DNA of 64,000 nucleotides from Octopus vulgaris (taxonomy: Eukaryota). Within the stretch, counting starts at the first letter, position 1, and every line of letters begins with the position of its first letter. The DNA lies in contig OX597833.1 in assembly GCA_951406725.2 (NCBI GenBank), positions 57,846,001 to 57,910,000 on the forward strand. Direction: 5' to 3'. Shown here one piece after another: positions 56,221-64,000 of the stretch. The notes under the pieces are model-generated. The model had not been told where the DNA came from and did not search any database. It saw nothing but the letters and a program-made list of their open reading frames with translations. A program made the translations under genes and the position numbers.

Positions 56221-56336
56221 AATTCTCTGAAGAGGCCGTGGGGCATCCTTGTTAATGCCTCATTTATACCTGCCTTTATAGCTTATAGGTTAAATGAGGT
56301 ATGACTGCCCTCACTGCCGAAACAGCTGTCAGTTTT
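56221..56336 (+). ncRNA. Hammerhead ribozyme (Penelope pLTR)
   Basis: CTGAAGA 56227-56233; long stem II (ggccgtggggca/tgccctcactgcc and atgcctcattta/taaatgaggtat); GAAA 56319-56322; palindromic stem III ACAGCTGT; GTC 56328-56330. Stem I is weak. Confidence 0.75.
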
Positions 56337-56697
56337 GATTTAATTGCATATTATATTTGAAATTTTTTACTTATATCTCTTTATCTTTTTACTATTACTG
56401 TATATCTCTTTTTGTATAATGCCTCTACTCATATGTAATGGTGTATTAAAGTATTGATTGGGTATCATCGGATAGTTGATGTTTTATTGATTTAAGTATG
56501 TTTCTCCACTCTCTAATTTTGTAGTATTAATTTACGGTAATATTATTAACTTTACCCATATAATACAATAGATGAACTGATTGTTTGACAATTTTTAACA
56601 TCTATGTATTAATCTTGTTGGGTACCTATCTGGCAGTATATTGGATATATATTATCCCATGGTGGGTTGAATTTTCAACCCCTATCTCATTTTATAA

Positions 56698-56754
<57 letters not shown>

Positions 56755-56764
56755 TATACATATA

Positions 56765-56814
<50 letters not shown>

Positions 56815-56984
56815 CATATATATATATACATATATATATGTATATATATATATGTATATATATATATGTATATATATACATATATATATGTGTTTATATA
56901 TATATATATGTATATATATATATACACACATATATATATGTGTATATGTATATATATATATATACATATATACATATATATGTG

Positions 56985-57082
<98 letters not shown>

Positions 57083-57306
57083 CATTTATATATATATATA
57101 TATATATATGTAAAAAAAACACAAACTGGGATAAGAACGCAAAACATTTAGAAGATGATACAAAAAACACGGACGGGACATTCGAAGCCTTCAATCTTCA
57201 GTCAAGAACCGGATCATCCTCGCAATTTCGGCTGATTAATCTTGAGATTGCTCCGACCTGGCCAGCCCCAAAGGAAAATCTAAGCCAAGCGTATTAGATT
57301 CCTTAG

Positions 57307-57470
<164 letters not shown>

Positions 57471-57591
57471 TAAATATATGGTACAACGAAATAATTTTCC
57501 CTCACGGGATATTCTTTACTGGAAAGCAATACTCTCATATTGCATTACTATTTTTATATATATTGTTGAATTTTCTGCTGCTTTAAATAAA

Positions 57592-57623
<32 letters not shown>

Positions 57624-58039
57624 GTATATATATATATATGTATATATATATACACACACACACACATACACATATATGTATGTGTGTGGATGCATGTGTG
57701 TGTAGTGTAGGTAGAAAGAGGTTAAAAAGCTCAAAACTTCTCTGTCTTGAACTGACGGTTGCTTATGGTTTTCAGCCTCCACCAGTCATCTAATTATTCG
57801 AGTTTCACGTTGACGATCGTCGGACTCGTCGCATCCCGCGTGTGCGCCGCGTGTGTGTTCGTGCTTGAAAGTGTATGTGTGTCTACAATGAAAGAAGGAC
57901 AGAGAGAAAGAATAAGAAAGAGTGAACGGGAGAGAATGAAAGGGCGAGAGAGTGAGAGTGTTGTGTATGTGCGTGTGTGTGTGTGTGCATGTGTGTATGT
58001 GTGTGTGTGTGTGTGTGCATGTTTGTATGTGTGTGCGCA

Positions 58040-58606
58040 TGAGAGAGAGAGATAGGAAGAGAGATTGTGTGTGAGAGAGAGAGAGTAAAAGAGAGAGATA
58101 GGGAGAGTGTGTGTGTGAGAGAGAGAGAGTAAAAGAGAGAGATAGGGAGAGTGTGTGTGTGTGAGAGAGAGAGTAAAAGAGAGAGACAGGGAGAGAGAGT
58201 GTGAGTGAGAGAGTGTGAGTGAGAGAGAGAGAGAGTAAAAGAGAGAGATAGGGAGAGAGTGTGTGTGTGTGAGAGAGAGAGTAAAAGAGAGATATAGGAA
58301 GAGAGAATGTGTGTGAGAGAGAGTAAAAGAGAGAGATAGGGAGAGTGTGTGTGTGAGAGAGAGAGATAGGGGGAGAGAGAGTGTGTGAGAGAGAGAGAGT
58401 AAAAGAGAGAGATAGGAAGAGAGAATGTGTGTGACAGAGAGAGAGAGTAAAAGAGAGAGATAGGGAGAGTGTGTGTGAGAGAGAGAGGGAGAGTAAAAGA
58501 GAGAGAGTGTGTGTGTGTGAAAGAGAGAGAGAAAGACAGAGCGAGAGTGAAAGAGTGAACGAGAGAGAATGAAAGGGTGAGAGAGTAAAAGAGAGAAAGA
58601 GAGCGT

Positions 58607-58660
<54 letters not shown>
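58040..58660. repeat. GA-rich minisatellite (gagagagtaaaagagagagatagggagagtgtgt-like unit) and (GACA)n
   Basis: Directly visible tandem units. Confidence 0.85.
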
Positions 58661-59024
58661 GTCAGATGGTAAAGCAAAAAAGGGTTCTCAGAAAATTCTG
58701 AGTCAGGTGTTTTAGTCATATAACCAAGAGACAGTGTCATCATTTATTTGAATTTTTTGATGAAGAGAAAAGAATCGTCTGCTTTCTTTGAATTAACATA
58801 AATAACGTGATGCATGATCAGAGCTGTAGTATGAGGTAAGAAGGAGGGTTAAGAAAGAGAAATAGTACTGCAGGGGAAAGGGGGAGTACAAAGAAGAAAG
58901 AAAGAGAACGTGAGTGAGAGAGAGAGAGAAAGGAGGGGAGAGGGAGTAAGCGAACAGGAGAAAATATACGGTATGGTAGAAAATAAATGAATAAAGTTTG
59001 GAAAAAAAATAATCTTTCCTACTG

Positions 59025-59521
59025 TAGGCACAAGGCCCTAAATTTGGGGGGAGGGGGCAAGTCGATTAGATCAACCCCTTTACGTAACTGGTACTTAATT
59101 TATCGACCCCGGAAAGAATGAAAGGCAAAGTCGACCTCAGCGGAATTTGAACTCAGAACGTAGCAGCAGACGAAATACCTATTTCTTTACTACCCACAAG
59201 GGGCTAAACACAGAGAGGACAAACAAGGACAGACAAACGGATTAAGTCGATTATATCGACCCCAATGCGTAACTGGTACTTATTTAATCGACCCCGGAAA
59301 GAATGAAAGGCAAAGTCGACCTCGGCGGAATTTGAACTCAGAACGTATAGACCGCTAAATATTTCGCCCGGCGTGCTAACGTTTCTTATTTCTTTATTGC
59401 CCACAAGGTGCTACACACAGAGGGGACAAATATGGACAGACAAACGGGTTAAGTCGATTACGTTGACACCAGTGCGTAACTGGTACTTAATTTATCGACC
59501 CCGGAAAGAATGAGAGGCAAA
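59025..59521 (-). mobile_element. Cluster of partial copies of a second tRNA-derived SINE family
   Basis: Three repeats of actggtactta..atcgaccccggaaagaatga, two followed by cggaatttgaactcagaacg (B-box GAGTTCAAATTCC on minus). Short pieces also at ~5294-5390 and ~51447-51535. Confidence 0.7.
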
Positions 59522-60217
59522 GTTTACAAAGGCGGGTGTTACTGTAGCTTTTTACGTTCTGAGATTTAATAATAAATTTTTAGAGAGTTACTTCTTTTAT
59601 ATATGCCAAAAATGCATTAAAAATGGGAAAAATTGATGGTAAATTCTTTTTTAAATCGTAGACTCATCGTAGACGCGCGCTAATACCCAGAAGGGCTCGA
59701 TATGAATCACGACTATAAGATACCCGCTTTTGGTTAAACTGCACCACAAAATGTGGGAGTAGTTAGGAATCTAAATCGTAGGAGACAGACACTCACACAA
59801 GTTCACTTTTATATATAAAGACTAGCAGTATCGCCCAGCGTTGCTCGGGTTTGTAAGGGAAATAACTATATAAGCATTTTTAGAGATGTAAAGTATAATA
59901 GCCATCTCAATATGGCTAACCACAAAGGCGGGTGTTACTGTAGCTTTTTACGTTCTGAGATTCAATAATAAATTTTTAGAGAATTACTTCCCTTATATAT
60001 GCCAAAAATGCATTAAAAATGGGAAAAATTGATGGTAAATTCTTTTTTAAATCGTAGACTCATCGTAGACGCGCGCTAATACCCAGAAGGGCTCGATATG
60101 AATCACGACTATAAGATACCCGCTTTTGGTTAAACTGCACCACAAAATGTGGGAGTAGTCAGGAATCTAAATCGTAGGAGACAGACACTCTCACAACTTC
60201 ACTTTTATATATAAAGA
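59522..60217 (-). mobile_element. Head-to-tail tandem non-autonomous Helitrons (complete 59822-60217, partial 59522-59821)
   Basis: Minus-strand TC start, hairpin and CTAG end, directly joined as expected for rolling-circle elements. Confidence 0.75.
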
Positions 60218-60463
60218 TTTCGAACCGGTCGATCAATGTGATGTTGTGATCTCCATGCCTTTTCTAATACAGTGTGATCTACATACCTCTTACAATGTAA
60301 CATTTTCTTGTCCGCATCCTTCCCAATAGGGGAATTACAACCGTGTTTCGTGGTCTGCTAACACACCAGCTCCTTTATAGGATCCAGTTAGCTCAAGACA
60401 TCATCAAGAGGAACACTTCCAATCAGAAACCACGAGAGCCACTGACTGATACTGCATCAGGAC

Positions 60464-60527
<64 letters not shown>

Positions 60528-60544
60528 CATTATTAGCATGCCCG

Positions 60545-61027
60545 GGTGAAAAAAGGGGGGGAGGAAAAAATTGATCAATAGGGATCGTTATCACAGAAAT
60601 GTCAATATGAAGTATAAAGGGGAGGACAGGTGAGGTTTACACGTCTAAAGAAAAGCCTACGGAAAGGACCACGGTAATCTCGGTCAATGAAGTCACATGT
60701 TATATTTCTTTCTTTTTTTTTTTTTTTTGCAAATAAGCAACTCTCTGTATTAATTTTTATGGTTCATAGAATCATAGTCAAGGTGGCTTCGTCATTCATA
60801 CGTGCCATCCTTGCTACATTCACCCATCTTTTTTAAAACATTCACTAGACAAAACTTGTCTCTCTACTCTCACTTTCCTCCTCAAGTGATACTTAAAGAA
60901 GTTGATGAGAGATTGACCAGAGAGGAAAGTGTTTGTCTCTAATCCTTTCAGGCGCGTCCACCAGATACATTCTTTCGCCATAGCCACAAGTATGACAAAA
61001 ATAGCTCTTCCTTCCCGTTTGAAGGCA
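60545..61027 (-). mobile_element. Short 3' fragment of a Tx1/L1-like LINE
   Basis: Homologous to ~61540-61970. Confidence 0.7.
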
Positions 61028-61050
61028 GACAGACAGACAGACAGACAGAC

Positions 61051-61181
<131 letters not shown>

Positions 61182-61184
61182 AGC

Positions 61185-61250
<66 letters not shown>

Positions 61251-61251
<1 letters not shown>

Positions 61252-62434
61252 GTTTCTTTATTGGCCACACAGGGCTGCACACAGATGGGACAAGTTACAA
61301 GGTAGAGCTATTCTTTTGGGGGATGAAGAGAACAAAAAACAAAAGAAAAAAAAAGGGGGGTGGCGTAGGTTTTCGATCAAGAGGGATCGTAAAAGGGAAG
61401 AAAAGAACAAAAAAAATTGAATAAAATAAAAAGAATAAAAAGAAAAAAAAAGAAAAGGAAAGGGAACAAAAGGAAAGAGAAATGAAAAAAGAAGAAAAAA
61501 GGGGAAAAAAAGGGAAGAGGAAAAAAAGAACGATCAATAGGGATCGTGTATCACAGTGTTATGATATATGGTGTAAAGAGGAAAGCAAGTAAGGTTTATC
61601 CGTGGGAAGAAAAGCCTACGAAAAAGACCACGGTAACCTTGGTCAATATTGTTATATGTTACCACATTTGTTTGCAAGTGGGTAACCCCCTGTTTTCAAT
61701 TTCTGGGTTCATAGGATTATGCTCAAGGTGGCTTCGTCATTCATACGTGCCATCCTTGCTACATTCACCCATCTTTTTTAAAACATTCGCTAGACACAAC
61801 TTGCCTCTCTACTCTCACTTTCCTTTTCAAGTGGTACTTGAAGAAGTTGATGAGAGATTGACCAGAGAGGAAAGTGTTTGTCTCCAATCCTTTCAGACGC
61901 GTCCACCAGATACATTCTTTCGCCATAGCCACAAGGATGATGAAAATAGCTCTTCCTTCCCGTTTGAAGGAAGGAGGTGTGACAATATTGACGATAGACT
62001 CAGCTGATAAACCGACTCGTCCCACACGTGACAGCAGTTGTTCGACATAAGCCCACAGGTCGGAAATTGTTGGACACTGCACGAGTGCGTGCAGAACGGT
62101 TTCGTCGCTCTGACCGCATCTCGGGCAGGTCGGCCCCGTGTTTCTCGAGCCGTGTCTGTAGAGCTTATCCCGAACGGGTAGCGCTTCTCGGTAGCACTGC
62201 CAGGCCAGGGATCTCTGGAAGTTGTCCATGGGCCCTGGCCCGAAAGTCGTCCTGAACAGGCGGGTCAGGTACTCCTCGTCGACGTCCAGGTTCGCCCCGA
62301 GCTCGTCGTCGTACCTCCCCTCCACTAATCCCCTATAGAATGCTTTGGTTGTGTTGAAGTCACTCAAGGTCGACCCGGGACGGCAGAGTTGCTTGAGAGC
62401 AACGCGACACTCGCGGTGCCAATCGCTCTTCCTC
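61251..62434 (-). mobile_element. 5'-truncated Tx1/L1-clade LINE with C-terminal zinc-binding domain, inserted in (GATA)n/(CATA)n
   Basis: LPVRDKL..CPRCGQSDETVLHALVQC..W (zf-RVT pattern) and CIWWTR; pyrimidine-rich 3' UTR; AATAAA just before the (TATC)n tract. Confidence 0.85.
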
Positions 62435-62524
62435 ACATACATACATACATACATACATAGATAGATAGATAAATAGATACATACATACATACATACATAC
62501 ATACATACATACATACATACATAC

Positions 62525-62583
<59 letters not shown>

Positions 62584-62604
62584 CATACATACATACATAC
62601 ATAC

Positions 62605-62721
<117 letters not shown>

Positions 62722-62906
62722 CGATTACAACAACAACAACAATAATACTAACAACAGCAACACACTTACAAAATTGATAGTCATAACAATGTCGGTTCCA
62801 CCAGCCGTAACATCCACCTTCTTAATAAGATGGATTTCTTTGTTTGCTATTATCACGCACGCAAAAAGCCAAAACAGACTCCATTTTTGAGACGTCTTAT
62901 AAATAA

Positions 62907-63292
62907 CTAGCAGTATCGCCCGACGTTGCTCGGGTTTGTAAGGGAAATAACTATAAAGCATTTTTAGAGAGTTATAGCCAAAAAATAGAAAAAAAATGGG
63001 AAAAAAATTATGATAAATTTTTTTTTGAGAGTTAAAAAGGTTGATTTGCGTCCCCTAGACAGTCTGTGGTTTGTGTTTCTGATTCTCGACCCCATGTCGA
63101 ATTTATCGATTTTTTTTCAGAACTGGGGGAAGTTTTCAAAATTTTAGCTGCGTTAGTTTTGAATTATGACATTGCGCTATGTGTGTGTTAAGTTTCATAA
63201 GAATCGGTTGAAAACCGTGGTCAGTGTGAGGGTACAACCTGACAGACACACAGACACACACACAGACAAACTACCGTTTATATAGAGAGAGA
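62907..63292 (-). mobile_element. Non-autonomous Helitron
   Basis: Minus-strand TCTCTCTATATAAA start; cccgagcaacgtcggg hairpin and CTAG end. Confidence 0.7.
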
Positions 63293-63581
63293 TAAATAAC
63301 AAGTAATAAAAATACATGTCATTTCTCACTTGACTACCCCTGAAACATATAATCATCACTAGCCTCTCTGCTCGGACATTGTATTGTGGTCTGGCTTGGT
63401 ATAACGTGTGTGTACTTTGTGGTAGCTGTCTAGCGAAGCGTGTTCAATTCTGGAACCTTTAACTCCTCATGGCCTTATTTTCTAAATATATTTTTTGTCT
63501 TTTTCGATTTTTTTTTCTCATGTTTATCGTATTAATTTATCTTTTATTTTCTTTCCAATATTTCATCCTTTTCTTACCCAT

Positions 63582-63637
<56 letters not shown>

Positions 63638-64000
63638 TTCCTTTCTTTCTTTCTTTCTTTTCCATTCCTTTCTTTCTTTCGTTACATTCTATTCTTTCTT
63701 TTATTTTCCTTTTGTCGTCGTCTTCTTTTCTCTTTTCTCTACAGTCTCCTTCAACTTACTAGAAATAGCAGCCAAAGCGCCTTTATATTCTCACATTGTC
63801 AAACTTAAAGAATAGGAAAACATATGGAGTAATATAGATTCAGAGAAACCATTCCCGGAAAACAATGTCTGGGGGGACATTTTAAATTTTTATCTGGGAC
63901 GCCCTACGTCCCAGATATAAAGGTAAAAATAAAATATTTCCACTTTGCAAGGTTCGAGTCGAGTATTCCCTCGCACGCTCCGTTGACTCGAACCTTGCTT

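Noticed and set aside
57700-58840. Small CpG-rich patch (~57800-57865) and donor-like GAG|GTAAGA near 58834, suggesting a neighbouring gene start
   Set aside because: No supporting ORF or acceptor visible; insufficient without transcript data.

Overview
AT-rich, microsatellite-dense animal genomic DNA. Its repeat content (tRNA-derived SINEs, Penelope-like elements, RTE and Tx1/L1 LINEs, Tc1, non-autonomous Helitrons) resembles what I know of Octopus/coleoid cephalopod genomes; this assignment is inference. Positions 1-53154 are a tandem segmental duplication of four 13-16 kb units. Each unit carries a minus-strand TPR gene whose protein aligns by eye, motif by motif, with vertebrate IFIT antiviral RNA-binding proteins, with a TTC22-like N-terminal part. 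The ORF track misses the true structure, which is a 51-nt ATG exon (MAEEMQKITGKMQEILL/Q, donor GTGAGT) spliced in phase 0 across a 5-8 kb TE-filled intron to one large exon (acceptor TTTCAG|GAT). Upstream of exon 1 sits a cluster of IRF-element-like (AAAGTGAAAG/T) and GAS-like (TTCnnnGAA) motifs. Only copy 2 (510 aa) is intact here. Copy 1 lost its ATG exon at a Penelope insertion, copy 3 has a +1 frameshift and copy 4 has a nonsense codon. The copies are mosaic, and their differences cluster near the putative RNA-binding helices. The window also holds several Penelope hammerhead ribozymes, a solo LTR with a TSD, a large inverted repeat and a repeat-protein exon lodged in the intron of copy 4. 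All coordinates were read by eye and no database search was run.
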